DNA of 64,000 nt from an uncultured Mycoplasmatota bacterium (GTDB lineage Bacteria; Bacillota_I; Bacilli_A; RF39; UBA660). The notes under the pieces were generated by a model. That model saw only the letters and a list, made by a program, of their open reading frames with translations. It ran no database searches and was not told the origin of the DNA. The stretch lies in assembly GCA_900547775.1 (NCBI GenBank), contig URHW01000004.1, positions 4,806 through 68,805 on the forward strand, read 5' to 3'. Positions 29,612 through 40,838 of this stretch are shown here, piece after piece; positions within the stretch are counted from its first letter, which is position 1, and each line of letters begins with the position of its first letter. The translations under genes and the position numbers were made by a program.

Positions 29612-30575
29612 TTACAATCAAAGTACTATAAGGTAACCTTTCACTAATCATCTTATTCTTAATTAACATATCAGTTAAATTATCATAAGACTTCTCACTT
29701 ATAAAAGAACTATTAAGATAACTATCTGCTCTTTTATATCTGTCTATTATACTAGTTAAATCATCAAGTGAAGTATCTGGAAATTGACTTAAAATATCCT
29801 TAGCAATTACTTCCGCACTATTATTAAAAGTATAAACAAGACCTTTATCAATAGCTTTTCTAAAACCTTCTATAATATCTTTATTTGCACTTACATAACT
29901 TCTCTTCGCATTAAATGCAGTATATGGTACCTCACCAGAGTACTTACCAACACTATCATAAACATAACCATAACCCATTTTTTCAAGCTTAGTCGCATTA
30001 GGTTCAAATAAATTAACAAAGTCTCCCGTACCACCAACAAATGCACTAGTTAAATTAGCAAAATCTACTGAATCATTAACATTAACCCCAGTAATATTTT
30101 CCTTTTCTAAAGCATTATAAAAGTTAACAATCGGCATTCCACCACGTCTACCAGCAAGTACTTCCTTTCCCTTCAAACTATCTAATGTAAAATTATCTAT
30201 CTTTTTTCTAGAAACAATAAACTGCCCATCTCTTTTAGTAAGCCCAGCAAAAGAAACTAAATAATCCTTCTCGCCATTATCATAAACATACATAGTCGCT
30301 TCTGGTCCGCAGAAACCCACATGCACGTCCCCTGATATTACCGCAGCTGTAACATTATTTGCTCCACTAGTTAAAATTAAATCTATCTTTATACCTTCAT
30401 CTTCAAAATAGCCCTTTTCTATTGCTACATAAAATGGTGTATAAAAAGCACTATGAGTAACCTCTGCAACCTTAACCACATTTAAATCATTGCTCACTTT
30501 ATCATGCCTATTCATAAAAATCACTAAAAATAAAACTGTAAAAAAAACTACCAAACACAATATCTTTTTTTTCAT
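29604..30575 (-). CDS. ABC substrate-binding protein (NMT1/THI5-like)
   Basis: Signal peptide plus periplasmic-binding-protein-like sequence. Operon context with the ABC transporter genes. Confidence 0.6.
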   Translation of the reverse strand: MKKKILCLVVFFTVLFLVIFMNRHDKVSNDLNVVKVAEVTHSAFYTPFYVAIEKGYFEDEGIKIDLILTSGANNVTAAVISGDVHVGFCGPEATMYVYDNGEKDYLVSFAGLTKRDGQFIVSRKKIDNFTLDSLKGKEVLAGRRGGMPIVNFYNALEKENITGVNVNDSVDFANLTSAFVGGTGDFVNLFEPNATKLEKMGYGYVYDSVGKYSGEVPYTAFNAKRSYVSANKDIIEGFRKAIDKGLVYTFNNSAEVIAKDILSQFPDTSLDDLTSIIDRYKRADSYLNSSFISEKSYDNLTDMLIKNKMISERLPYSTLIVNE

Positions 30576-30635
30576 AAATCCCCCTTACTCACTTATAATT
30601 TATTCAAAATATAAAAAAAAGGCACAACTAATGCC

Positions 30636-31373
30636 TTAACCAATAACTTGAATATTCCCATGAAGTACTAATCTAATAACCCCACAAATAATTAAATGAG
30701 CTGGATATATAATATAGAAAAACCACTTCATCCATTTACAATTACCAGGTTTATTATTATATCTTTTAAGAAGCGGAATCGTAAAAATTGTACACATCTG
30801 CAATATACCATACGCTGGATTTAAAAATATTGCAAACACTAAAGCATAAAAGAAAGTAAAAAATGGAATAACAAACATTCTCTTATTAAAATTATCCTTG
30901 TTAATATATCCATATAACACCATAAGTGTACCTATCATACTCCAATCAGCTGGAAATGCTAATATGCAGACTAAACATATAAGCAAAAACTTATATATAC
31001 CCTTCATCTTAGAATCATATATCATTATTGACACAAGCCCTAAAAGTAAAGACCACATAACACTTGTCTGATTAAAAATAGAACCCCTAGTAAATGGAAT
31101 ATAATTAATCCCAAACGCAAAACAATAAGCAAAATGTGAAACTATGCTAAACAAAAATAACCTTAATGCATACTTCTTAACATTCCTTGTATAAATATAC
31201 CCCTCTGTTATAAAAAAACAAAATATAGGTGCTGCAAGTCTACCTATCGCATGTAAAAGTAAAATACATACACCATTATCATATCCCGGATATAGCGTCC
31301 ACAAAACATGATCAAAAAGCATTGCAAATATAGCAATCATCTTTAACTGATTTCTATTAAGTTCAAAGTTCAT
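30636..31373 (-). CDS. TraX-family membrane protein
   Basis: LKMIAIFAMLFDHV motif; polytopic. Confidence 0.55.
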   Translation of the reverse strand: MNFELNRNQLKMIAIFAMLFDHVLWTLYPGYDNGVCILLLHAIGRLAAPIFCFFITEGYIYTRNVKKYALRLFLFSIVSHFAYCFAFGINYIPFTRGSIFNQTSVMWSLLLGLVSIMIYDSKMKGIYKFLLICLVCILAFPADWSMIGTLMVLYGYINKDNFNKRMFVIPFFTFFYALVFAIFLNPAYGILQMCTIFTIPLLKRYNNKPGNCKWMKWFFYIIYPAHLIICGVIRLVLHGNIQVIG

Positions 31374-31463
31374 TCAATCACCACACTAATTATACATTAT
31401 TCTAAATTAAGTAGCAATTATTTTCTAATCTCATGGTATAATATCAAAGGAAGGTGCAGTATC

Positions 31464-33395
31464 ATGAATTACAAAAAAACATTATTATCAATTATCTATA
31501 TTTATTATTTAGAACTAATATATCACTTATTTATATTTAAATCTTTTACCATAAAAGAATTTTTATTTTTAACCCTATTTACCATTTTATTCGGTATATT
31601 TAATGACCTAATAACTAGTCTCTTTAATAAAAAAGTAAATAAATGGTTATTTATCTCTATAAATGTTTTCCTAAGTATTTTATTTATCGCTCAAGTAATA
31701 AACTTTAAATTCTACGGAAACATTATAAGTATCTACTCAGTAGTTCATGGAGGACAAGTATTTGGCTTCATGGGAGCAATCATCTCTGTTATTCTTAAAA
31801 ATATTCCATGTGTTCTTTTATTACTAATCCCCGCAATCTTACTACTAGTATTTAATAAACATATCAAGGCGGATGGCCTTAACTACAAAAACACTCTTAT
31901 CAAAACCTTAGTATTTGTAGGTCTATTTACAATCTGCACTCTTACTTTAAACATTGACAAGAAAGACATCTACTCTGCTAAAAACTTATATTATTACAAA
32001 CACGCACCTAATCAATCTGCTAAAACATTTGGCATCCTAACAACAATGCGTATTGATTTAGAAAGAATAATTCACTTTAAAGAAAAAACTATAGACGTTT
32101 TCACTGAGGACACAACCGAAGAAGAAAAACCGGCCGTTAAAAATATCGAATATAACAAAGAGGACATTGATTTTGCCGCTCTAGCAGAATCAGAAACAAA
32201 CGAAGAAATCAAAAATATTCATCTATACATGAATAATCAAGAGGCTACCGAAAAAAATAAATATACTGGTATGTTTGAAGGCAAAAATCTAATTGCTATA
32301 ACGGCTGAAGCCTTTTCGCCTCTTGCAGTTGATAAAGACTTAACTCCAACTCTATACAAACTAGTTCATGAAGGATTTAACTTTACCAATATGTACTCAC
32401 CTATCTATTATGTTAGTACATCCGATGGTGAATATGTTACTTTAACAAGTCTCCTACCTAAAGAAAGTGTCTGGTCTTTCTATAAATCAAGTAAAAATTA
32501 TCTGCCTTATGTCTATGGAAACATCTTTAAAAAATTAGGATACTCAGCATACGCTTTTCATGATGGACAATATAAATATTATGATCGTAACCTATCACAT
32601 CCAAATATGGGATACACCTATATGGCATGTGGTAATGGCTTACAAAAACTAATGAACTGCAAAAAATGGCCTCAAAGTGATATAGAAATGATTGACGCAA
32701 CATTTAATATGTATAAAGATGAAGAAAAATTTGTAACCTATTACATGACAATATCTGGTCACTTAGAATATAACTTCTACGGAAATAATATGGCTGCTAA
32801 AAACAAATCCCTTGTTGAAAATACTAACTACAGTACTGCCGTAAAAGCATATAAAGCAACACAAATTGAACTAGATCGTGCACTTGAAAAACTATTAACA
32901 AAACTAAAAGATAATAACTTACTTGACAAAACAGTCATCGTCCTATCTGCAGACCACTATCCATATGGCCTAACAAACGATGAAATAAATGAAGTAACCC
33001 CACTTACTAATCCAAAATTCGATATTCACAAAAACAATCTAATCATCTGGTCATCAGACATCAAAGAACCAATTAAAGTAGATAAACTAGCTGAAAGCCT
33101 AGACATCCTTCCTACAGTTTTAAACCTATTTGGAGTTAAATTTGACTCAAGACTTCTAATGGGTAGAGACATCCTATCAAACGCTGATGGACTAGTTATC
33201 TTAAATGATCGTTCATGGATAACTGAAAAAGGCTTTTATGATGCAAGCACCAATAAATTTACCAAAACAACTGACGAAGAATTACCAGAAAACTATGTTG
33301 ATAAAATAAGCACAATCGTCTATAACAAATTCGTAATATCAAAAAATATCTTAGAAACAAACTATTATAAATATGTATTTAAGGAGGAAGCATGA
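31464..33395 (+). CDS. LTA synthase family protein (LtaS-like sulfatase-domain)
   Basis: 5 N-terminal TM segments plus an extracellular alkaline-phosphatase-superfamily domain. Confidence 0.7.
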   Translation: MNYKKTLLSIIYIYYLELIYHLFIFKSFTIKEFLFLTLFTILFGIFNDLITSLFNKKVNKWLFISINVFLSILFIAQVINFKFYGNIISIYSVVHGGQVFGFMGAIISVILKNIPCVLLLLIPAILLLVFNKHIKADGLNYKNTLIKTLVFVGLFTICTLTLNIDKKDIYSAKNLYYYKHAPNQSAKTFGILTTMRIDLERIIHFKEKTIDVFTEDTTEEEKPAVKNIEYNKEDIDFAALAESETNEEIKNIHLYMNNQEATEKNKYTGMFEGKNLIAITAEAFSPLAVDKDLTPTLYKLVHEGFNFTNMYSPIYYVSTSDGEYVTLTSLLPKESVWSFYKSSKNYLPYVYGNIFKKLGYSAYAFHDGQYKYYDRNLSHPNMGYTYMACGNGLQKLMNCKKWPQSDIEMIDATFNMYKDEEKFVTYYMTISGHLEYNFYGNNMAAKNKSLVENTNYSTAVKAYKATQIELDRALEKLLTKLKDNNLLDKTVIVLSADHYPYGLTNDEINEVTPLTNPKFDIHKNNLIIWSSDIKEPIKVDKLAESLDILPTVLNLFGVKFDSRLLMGRDILSNADGLVILNDRSWITEKGFYDASTNKFTKTTDEELPENYVDKISTIVYNKFVISKNILETNYYKYVFKEEA

Positions 33396-34504
33396 ATATA
33401 AAAGAAAGAATGCTATTAAGAGAAAAATTCTATAGTCCATTTGCTACAAAAGACAAAGAATCAATAAGACTAATACCTATAGAAGAAGACATTAGACCAA
33501 ACTTTTTTAGAGATATAGACCGTATTATCCATAGTACATCTTACACAAGATATATGGACAAAACTCAAGTTTTTTCTCTAAAAGACAATGACAACATTTC
33601 CAAAAGAATGGTTCATGTACAATTAGTATCTAAAATAGCTCGCACCATCGGTAGAGCTCTATCACTAAACGAAGATTTAATTGAAGCTGCTGCTCTAGGT
33701 CATGACTTAGGACACGTCCCATTCGGTCATGAAGGAGAAAGAATATTAAATAAAATTAGTCTTAAACATAACGAAGGATATTTCAATCATAACGTTCAAA
33801 GTGTAAGAGAACTAATGGATATTGAAAATGACGGAGAAGGCATCAACCTATCAATTCAAACCCTAGATGCTATCCTATGCCATAATGGAGAACTTGAACT
33901 TAAAGAATACCATCCAAAAAAGAAAACAACTGATGAATTCTTACAAGACTATGAAAATTGTTATAAAATTGAAGGATACATCAAAACACTCATCCCAAAC
34001 ACTTTAGAAGGATGTGTTGTTAGAATAAGCGACATCATCGCCTATCTTGGAAGAGATATTGAAGACGCTGAACGTCTTAATCTAATAAAAAAAGAAGACC
34101 TACCAAAAGAAATAACTGACATTATTGGTTCAACCAACAAAGAAATAGTAAATACATTTATAATGGATATCATAAATAATAGTATAGACAAACCTTATCT
34201 TAAAATGAGTGATAACGTTTTCGAAGCACTAAAAAAGCTAAAAAAATTCAACTACGAAAACATCTACTCAAAAGCAAACACCAAAGAAGAACTCACTGAA
34301 TATGAAAACATGTTTGAAAGCCTATTTAACCATCTACTAAAAGACATTAAAGACAACAACACAGATAGTAACATCTACAAAATATTTATAAAAAATAAAA
34401 ATGAAAAATATAGGCAAAATACCCCAGAAAGAATTGCTATTGATTACATTGCAGGTATGACCGATGACTTCTTCTTAAAAGAATATAAAAAATATGAGAA
34501 CTAA
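33392..34504 (+). CDS. HD-domain dGTP triphosphohydrolase-like protein
   Basis: GHDLGHVPFGH HD motif. Confidence 0.75.
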   Translation: MNIKERMLLREKFYSPFATKDKESIRLIPIEEDIRPNFFRDIDRIIHSTSYTRYMDKTQVFSLKDNDNISKRMVHVQLVSKIARTIGRALSLNEDLIEAAALGHDLGHVPFGHEGERILNKISLKHNEGYFNHNVQSVRELMDIENDGEGINLSIQTLDAILCHNGELELKEYHPKKKTTDEFLQDYENCYKIEGYIKTLIPNTLEGCVVRISDIIAYLGRDIEDAERLNLIKKEDLPKEITDIIGSTNKEIVNTFIMDIINNSIDKPYLKMSDNVFEALKKLKKFNYENIYSKANTKEELTEYENMFESLFNHLLKDIKDNNTDSNIYKIFIKNKNEKYRQNTPERIAIDYIAGMTDDFFLKEYKKYEN

Positions 34505-34565
34505 TACTCATATTTTTTTATAATCTCTTTGACAATAAAAAATGAGAATCCATTAAATCCTCATT

Positions 34566-35099
34566 TTATTTTACTGAAACAATCAACTCTAGTTCCTTCT
34601 TAGTAACCTCCTTACCTATCACAACAGGTAACTTTACCAAATACTCATAAAAAGGCTCCTCATCTGCTTTAAAAATCTCATCCTTCTTATTTTCCCAATA
34701 ACACTTAGCATAATAAATAGTACTTTCCATATTCCAGCCTCTAACCAAGTTCATGACATACTTTTGATAACAATCATCACTAACCTCAATCTCATAAATC
34801 TTATAAAACACTTCATCCAATTTTCTTTTTTCAATTCCTTTTAATACACTTGCCGCATCAGATGCATAAAAAGAAGTTAATCTAGAAAATCTATCACTAT
34901 AATGTAATCTTCTTTCATACTCAAAAACAGCTTCTAAAGTATCATCTTTACTTTTAAAATCACCTAAATAATAATGAACTCCATGACTAGATAAACCCTC
35001 AAAATAATACTCTGGAACTAACTTTTCAAAATTCTTAACAAGATCAATCTTCATTCCTGTCGCTAAATGACCACTTCTATCAACATGATATAAAATCAT
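34566..35099 (-). CDS. Hypothetical protein
   Basis: 177-aa ORF. Confidence 0.3.
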   Translation of the reverse strand: MILYHVDRSGHLATGMKIDLVKNFEKLVPEYYFEGLSSHGVHYYLGDFKSKDDTLEAVFEYERRLHYSDRFSRLTSFYASDAASVLKGIEKRKLDEVFYKIYEIEVSDDCYQKYVMNLVRGWNMESTIYYAKCYWENKKDEIFKADEEPFYEYLVKLPVVIGKEVTKKELELIVSVK

Positions 35100-35356
35100 T
35101 TCTTCACACTCTCAATTTCTTGTAACTCTAAACGGTATTTCTGCTTAACATTAGGATACTTCTCATGATCAACTTCGCTCAAAAAATTATTAATCTCTCT
35201 TAAATAAACCTTACCTTCACCATATAAAGCCCTATAAATAACATACTCCTCTAAAGTTTCTGAGTTAATTCCTGTTCCAAGAACAATATAATAATCCCCC
35301 TTAAAATGCTTATAAATACGATTTACTTCTAACTTTCTCATATATCCTCCTATCAA
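35096..35356 (-). CDS. DUF1653-like small protein
   Basis: YKHFKGDYY motif. Confidence 0.45.
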   Translation of the reverse strand: MIGGYMRKLEVNRIYKHFKGDYYIVLGTGINSETLEEYVIYRALYGEGKVYLREINNFLSEVDHEKYPNVKQKYRLELQEIESVKK

Positions 35357-35372
35357 AAGTATAACATAATTT

Positions 35373-36260
35373 TTACTTTTTTCTAACCTTTATCACATCA
35401 TCACGTTGAATACTACCAATAAGTAAAGAAGAATTATCATCATGCCTCTCAAAATTATTACTAACTGCTTTCTCATCATAATTAGCATAACAATACTTAC
35501 ACATATGCATACATGAATTATAATCACCTATATCAACCATCTGCACGCACTCACACTTCTTCTCTTTTCTTACATTACTACTTTTAAACTTCTTACCAGT
35601 TAAAATATACGCTAGTTCATGTGACAAACACTCGCCCTTAACAAAACCATACTGAGTTAAATCTTCATCCTCAAAACAAGTCTGTACACTCATCCCATTA
35701 TCCATAGCACTCTTACTAAAAGCTTCACCTATTTTTTTATAATCTTCTCTAGTAAATGCTCTATATTTTAAAATATTTTTATTACTTCTAACATTCTTAT
35801 ATTCATCCATAAAAGAGACAATTATCTTATTAACATAACCATTAAGATTTTTACACAACTTATCAAACGCTTTAATATGATAATCAACATTATACTTATC
35901 ACTTAAAAATATTGGATCATATCTCACCACCACGTTATCTATACCAAGAACTAAAGATAACTTCTTTACTCCATCAATAATCAATCTCTTATCTGGAATA
36001 TTAGGCTCTACATCTTTACCATAAGGAGTTATAGTAACATAAAATAAAACAGGTAACTTTAATATATCTAACTTATTAATCATTGGTAATGGATTCTTAC
36101 TACAAAACATAATCAAATCCACATCACTAAAATAAATTCTACTGACAAGTTTTTGATTAAAAGGATTTCTCACATCAACAAAACCAGCCTCAACCCTATT
36201 TATAAACCAATTAGAATAAAAAGCCGGTATATCAGTTCTACCACTTGCAAACAAAATCAT
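35373..36260 (-). CDS. DUF1848-like protein with C-terminal CxxxCxxC motif
   Basis: N-terminal SGRTDIPAFY; C-terminal CMHMCKYC. Confidence 0.3.
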   Translation of the reverse strand: MILFASGRTDIPAFYSNWFINRVEAGFVDVRNPFNQKLVSRIYFSDVDLIMFCSKNPLPMINKLDILKLPVLFYVTITPYGKDVEPNIPDKRLIIDGVKKLSLVLGIDNVVVRYDPIFLSDKYNVDYHIKAFDKLCKNLNGYVNKIIVSFMDEYKNVRSNKNILKYRAFTREDYKKIGEAFSKSAMDNGMSVQTCFEDEDLTQYGFVKGECLSHELAYILTGKKFKSSNVRKEKKCECVQMVDIGDYNSCMHMCKYCYANYDEKAVSNNFERHDDNSSLLIGSIQRDDVIKVRKK

Positions 36261-36754
36261 AGCTTAGCCTCATAAACCTCATTACCATGCTCTTTAATAA
36301 TATCCTTTAAATCTTTGACTTTAAGCCACAACGAAGCCGTATTATCATTCGGATGCATTCCAATAATATCCTCATCGTGAAAATCACTATCCAAATAAAA
36401 TTTAACTTTTCTTTCATTATCATTAAGTAACCCTAAAGGACTTACCGCTCCTGGATAAAGACCAAGAATTCTTTCTAAATCCTCACTAGAAGCAAAAGTT
36501 AAAGGCCTAGTATTAAACTCTTTTCTAAACAAAGACAAATTAACACGTTTTGCTTCCCTAACCATAATTAAATAATAATTTTTCTTCTTATCATCACGCA
36601 CAAATAAATTCTTAGCATTACCTTCCCTATAAGGAAGTTCAACATCCTTTAAATCATCCATCGAATAAACTGCCTTATGTTCAGTTACCTCGTACCAGAT
36701 TCCCTTACCCTTAATAAAATTATAAACTTCATCTTTATTCATAATATTCACCAT
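36257..36754 (-). CDS. YbaK/ProX-type aminoacyl-tRNA deacylase
   Basis: Domain pattern ..VTEH.A..S......NLFVRDDKK. Confidence 0.55.
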   Translation of the reverse strand: MVNIMNKDEVYNFIKGKGIWYEVTEHKAVYSMDDLKDVELPYREGNAKNLFVRDDKKKNYYLIMVREAKRVNLSLFRKEFNTRPLTFASSEDLERILGLYPGAVSPLGLLNDNERKVKFYLDSDFHDEDIIGMHPNDNTASLWLKVKDLKDIIKEHGNEVYEAKL

Positions 36755-36807
36755 CTAACAACAAATATTATAACATAAAAAAAGCAGACATAAAGTCTAC
36801 TTAACAT

Positions 36808-37374
36808 CTATCTTAATCCTTTCGGTGTCACATCAGACATCCCAGAATCTCCAAACATATCTAAAATTTCATCTGCCTTTTCATCATCATATTTAAATGT
36901 AGATACAAGAGCAGCAATAATATCACTATCATCAGTTGGTACATAAGAATCATTATCGTCTCCACTCTTCATCTTATCTGTTAAAACAGATTTTAAAATT
37001 AAACTAAGATCTCTACTTTCTTTATTTAACTGGGCTACACGAATCATATTTTCTCTAATTTCAGCAGTTAAATATTTTACAAAATCTTTTTGAGTTCTAA
37101 TAAAGAAACTACCCACTAAAGCACTACCATATGTTGCTTCATAAGTTCTTCCATTTTCACCAACAATAGAATAAATATACTCACACCACATAGGTCCATC
37201 ATAACCACCTACAGATAAACTTTCAGATACTCTATGGCTCACTATGGTCCCCTTAATATAAGCACCATCCTCAAACCCCTCTACATGATTATTATTAGAA
37301 CCATGAAATACATAAACCTCAGTTCCATTTGGTATTAAATCTTCACTAATACTAAAATAACCTTTATTTTCCAT
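36808..37374 (-). CDS. Hypothetical protein
   Basis: 188-aa ORF. Confidence 0.3.
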   Translation of the reverse strand: MENKGYFSISEDLIPNGTEVYVFHGSNNNHVEGFEDGAYIKGTIVSHRVSESLSVGGYDGPMWCEYIYSIVGENGRTYEATYGSALVGSFFIRTQKDFVKYLTAEIRENMIRVAQLNKESRDLSLILKSVLTDKMKSGDDNDSYVPTDDSDIIAALVSTFKYDDEKADEILDMFGDSGMSDVTPKGLR

Positions 37375-37603
37375 ATAAACCTCCTATAAGTGTATTATAA
37401 CATCAAAAAAGAACTCTATTCAAGTTCTTAATCTTTTTCAATATAACCACTTATACCTTTAGTATACATATTATCACTTATAGATTTATATCTTTCACCA
37501 TCATAATCATATGTAAATCCATTGTAAGCCTTATAAACATCGTTAGTTTCCGTATCATAAACTCTTTCATAACCAAGTGTTACATCACTTTATTTTTGAC
37601 TCA

Positions 37604-37861
37604 TTATGCACTTCTCTTATTCCAAGAATCTATTATTCCATCACTAATCTGATTACAAATATTTCTTATACTTTGAAAATTCTTCATTACTGCATCTTGT
37701 TGCTGATTAAATCCATTTAAGAAAGTATCTGTAAATTCTAATGAACTAGCTACTATATTTAAAATTTCTTCCCAGATAACAAATTCATTTTTTGGAGCAG
37801 TAATAAATATTGAGTCATACACATTAAACTTACAAATATCAATTTTTTTTACCAGACATTA
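37604..37861 (-). pseudogene. Small ORF whose ATG start is put out of frame by a T8 homopolymer (37843-37850)
   Basis: With T7 it reads MSGKKIDICKFNVYDSIFITAPKNEF.... With T8 only a GTG-initiated 72-aa ORF remains. Confidence 0.35.
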
Positions 37862-38155
37862 TATTTTCATTAACATAACAAGACCAATCATCATAAACAT
37901 ACGCTGTAAAAATTCCTTCACCTTTTATAAAAAAAGATGGATACCCAAGACGAGATGAATACTCACATACATAGTGCACGGGTTCGATACACCTTAAAGG
38001 TCTTCTAATAGAATTATATCATTCTTTTATAAATTTACATAGTTGAACCATCAACAATAACTCATTAATTAATATTTAATAAAAAACTACTCTCAAATTA
38101 ACATGAAAGTAGTTTTTTTATCATCTCTAAAATCAAAGATTTAAATCATTTTAAG

Positions 38156-38231
38156 TGGTGCTGAAAATAGGACTTGAACCTACAACCTACGCGTTACGAG
38201 GGCGTTGCTCTACCTATTGAGCTATTTCAGC
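38156..38231 (-). tRNA. tRNA-Thr (anticodon CGU), CCA encoded
   Basis: Manual cloverleaf: acceptor GCTGAAA, D-arm GCTC/GAGC, anticodon loop CTCGTAA, T-arm GTAGG-TTCAAGT-CCTAT, 3' CCA. Confidence 0.7.
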
Positions 38232-38287
38232 AAACAATTATATTATACCATTACTCTCAAAAAATTCAAACACAAAAAAAGAAGAAA

Positions 38288-38620
38288 TTACTCTTCTTCC
38301 TCTAAATCAGATAACTCTGTACAAAGCATATTATACTTTTCTTTAATCTTGCTTTTATCTGCTTCCTCTAAAACATACCATCCATTTTCAAACATTACTT
38401 CATAAACAGCACGCTGAGCATCAATTATCTTATCAAAATCTCTCTTTAACTTCTTATACAAAACCTCATTACTAGCTTCTGTCAAAGCAACAACATAATT
38501 CTTACTCATCTCTTTCAAACTAGAAAGAATACTATTCATATAATCCTTATCATTCATACAAATTCCACAAGGAACTTCAGTCTTACTATTCTTAACTTCC
38601 TTACTCATTATCCTCACCAC
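38288..38620 (-). CDS. Spore coat protein F-like
   Basis: Coat_F-like pattern ...A..E......L......Q..V...M...GWY. Confidence 0.5.
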   Translation of the reverse strand: MVRIMSKEVKNSKTEVPCGICMNDKDYMNSILSSLKEMSKNYVVALTEASNEVLYKKLKRDFDKIIDAQRAVYEVMFENGWYVLEEADKSKIKEKYNMLCTELSDLEEEE

Positions 38621-38879
38621 CTAAAATATCTAATACTGTATCCATATTATTCATAAATAAATCTGATACCTTTCTTGCACACTTACTAAGCGCTTTATCA
38701 GTAAATTCGCTTTCCATATTAATTACTGACTTAAAAGCTCCATAATTCCAATTAAAAATATCTGTTAAATAATCTAAATCCTTTGTACTTATCATACTAG
38801 GTACTTTTTCCATATTATCAACTCCCACTATTATTATGGTCCAAAAAAAAGAAATAATACTACTTATTTCTTCCTTCAT
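38601..38879 (-). CDS. Small spore-coat-associated protein (CotF partner-like)
   Basis: Overlaps the Coat F gene. Confidence 0.3.
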   Translation of the reverse strand: MKEEISSIISFFWTIIIVGVDNMEKVPSMISTKDLDYLTDIFNWNYGAFKSVINMESEFTDKALSKCARKVSDLFMNNMDTVLDILGGEDNE

Positions 38880-40311
38880 TAATTCGTCTTAAAGTCTTAA
38901 CAAGTTCTAGTCTCTCCTTATCATACAGAAGTTTATCACTCGTCCCTTTAGGTATTGTTTTAAACTCCCTTAAACTAGTAACATTCTTATACTCATCTCT
39001 ATCATTAAATAGAATATATGCAATAAAATTAGCTCTTGTCTCTCTTCTTCTAGCAACACGTACAACATCTTCAAAATCTAGTTCATAATCTGCTCCATAA
39101 ACAAATTGACTTCTTCTAACAAAATATAATAGTCTCAAAAACTCATCATAACCTAAATTATTCTCAAATAGTTTTAGATAAGTTAAATGCAAAAGATCTA
39201 TATCATACTTAGTAATATTATCCTTTGCTGCAATATCACGTAAAAGAACTAGCCCTTCATTATAACCTAACTTAGTAAATTCCTCTTCCAAACGTTCAAA
39301 AAGTGTACCAAACATTCTCTTACTAATTTTTATATCCTTACTTGCTCCTAACTTAATAAGCTGTGTACAATTATTAAAACTCCTTAAAAGATTCCCACCA
39401 CTTGCACTTCTACCTACCGCACTAAGAGCACTGACTTTCTTACACCTCTCACTAAATACTGGTGAAAGACCAAACCAATAGTACTTAGAAACAAATCCAA
39501 TATCCTTTTCACTATTCCTAGAATCCCATGTTGGATCAAACTCTAAGAAACTATGAAAATTATACTTATCATCATTTATATAACTGACCACAGTAGCATG
39601 ACCATCATATTTATTAAGCATATTTATATAAGTTTTCACATAAGTAGAAATTCCAATCAAATTAGCAATCGCACTAAATAAATTAGAATAACCTAAACAA
39701 ACTATACTCTCACCAAGAGTAACCCTCGAAAGAGATGTGGAATTAGAATAATTCTTATCTTCTTTATATATTCTTGTCTTTAAATAATCATATAAAAACA
39801 TCAATTTTTCTAAAGGACTAAGTTTTCCATCATCAAGTTTCTTTGCAAAATCAAAAACTACCTCTAAAGACTCTTTCATCTCATTAACTGAAACAACCTC
39901 AGTATTATAAATATTCTTTATCATGGGCGTAGCCGCATAATCTAAAGTACAAAAATGATACACATCAGTTAAATCCATATCATCAGTATCAATAATTGTC
40001 TTATAAGGAAAACTCTTAAAAAAATCACGAACCTGTTCTACTGAAACACCTTTATTTAAAGCAATCTTAATACTCTCAAATCCGCTAAAATCTTCAAAAT
40101 AAGGCATATTTTTAACTTGATAAACCTCATCAATAAGTGTATCATCATACGCTGCATCTAAAAGTATTCTATTTTCATCAATAAAATCCTGTCGAAGATC
40201 ACTATTATTAATAACATCTTTAAGTCTATTTAAATTACTTACCCTTAAACATATAGTGTCATCCCTAAATGAAAAAGAATCTTCATCAGCAAAAGTAACT
40301 ATTAATTTCAT
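38860..40311 (-). CDS. Transglutaminase-like domain protein
   Basis: Cys-His-Asp core: IVCLGYSNLFSAIANLIGIST...GHATVV...EFDPTWD. Confidence 0.5.
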   Translation of the reverse strand: MKLIVTFADEDSFSFRDDTICLRVSNLNRLKDVINNSDLRQDFIDENRILLDAAYDDTLIDEVYQVKNMPYFEDFSGFESIKIALNKGVSVEQVRDFFKSFPYKTIIDTDDMDLTDVYHFCTLDYAATPMIKNIYNTEVVSVNEMKESLEVVFDFAKKLDDGKLSPLEKLMFLYDYLKTRIYKEDKNYSNSTSLSRVTLGESIVCLGYSNLFSAIANLIGISTYVKTYINMLNKYDGHATVVSYINDDKYNFHSFLEFDPTWDSRNSEKDIGFVSKYYWFGLSPVFSERCKKVSALSAVGRSASGGNLLRSFNNCTQLIKLGASKDIKISKRMFGTLFERLEEEFTKLGYNEGLVLLRDIAAKDNITKYDIDLLHLTYLKLFENNLGYDEFLRLLYFVRRSQFVYGADYELDFEDVVRVARRRETRANFIAYILFNDRDEYKNVTSLREFKTIPKGTSDKLLYDKERLELVKTLRRINEGRNK

Positions 40312-40391
40312 AAAATCACCTATTCTACTACTAATAATATTACAATAAAATGAATATAAAGTCCATTAAAAAAGACCAGCATTTTGGTCTT

Positions 40392-40838
40392 CTACTTATT
40401 CTTAGCTAACTTTTTAGGTTCAGGTTTTTCAATAGCATCAATTGCTTTATTTAATACCTCAACAGTTTTTTTTCTAACATCATCAGCAGCCTTTTCTAAA
40501 ACTGGTGTTCCTTTTTCAACTGCCATATTATAAAGTTCTTCAGCTTTAATTTGAATCATCTTAGCTTTTTCTTTAACCACAGAAGCAACCTTTTCTTGAT
40601 CTAAATCAGCAAGTTCCTTCTTTAATTCTTTAATCTTTTTTTCTAAAGATTTCTTAACATCATCATACTCTAGTTCTTTAACCTTATCCCAAAGTTCGTT
40701 AATCTTAATAGTTAACTCCTTTCTAGTCTCAGAACCTTTCTTTGGTGCAAATAATATTCCAAGTCCAGCTCCTATTGCTAAACCAGTTAATAAACTGCAT
40801 CCTTTTCCACTATTTTTACTCATAAAAATCATCCTCAT
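40392..40838 (-). CDS. YtxH-domain protein
   Basis: GLAIGAGLGILFAPKKGSETRKEL. Confidence 0.6.
   Translation of the reverse strand: MRMIFMSKNSGKGCSLLTGLAIGAGLGILFAPKKGSETRKELTIKINELWDKVKELEYDDVKKSLEKKIKELKKELADLDQEKVASVVKEKAKMIQIKAEELYNMAVEKGTPVLEKAADDVRKKTVEVLNKAIDAIEKPEPKKLAKNK

Noticed and set aside
35373-36260. Spore photoproduct lyase (SplB) call
   Set aside because: The CxxxCxxC motif is C-terminal rather than N-terminal as in SplB. It was kept as DUF1848-like with low confidence.
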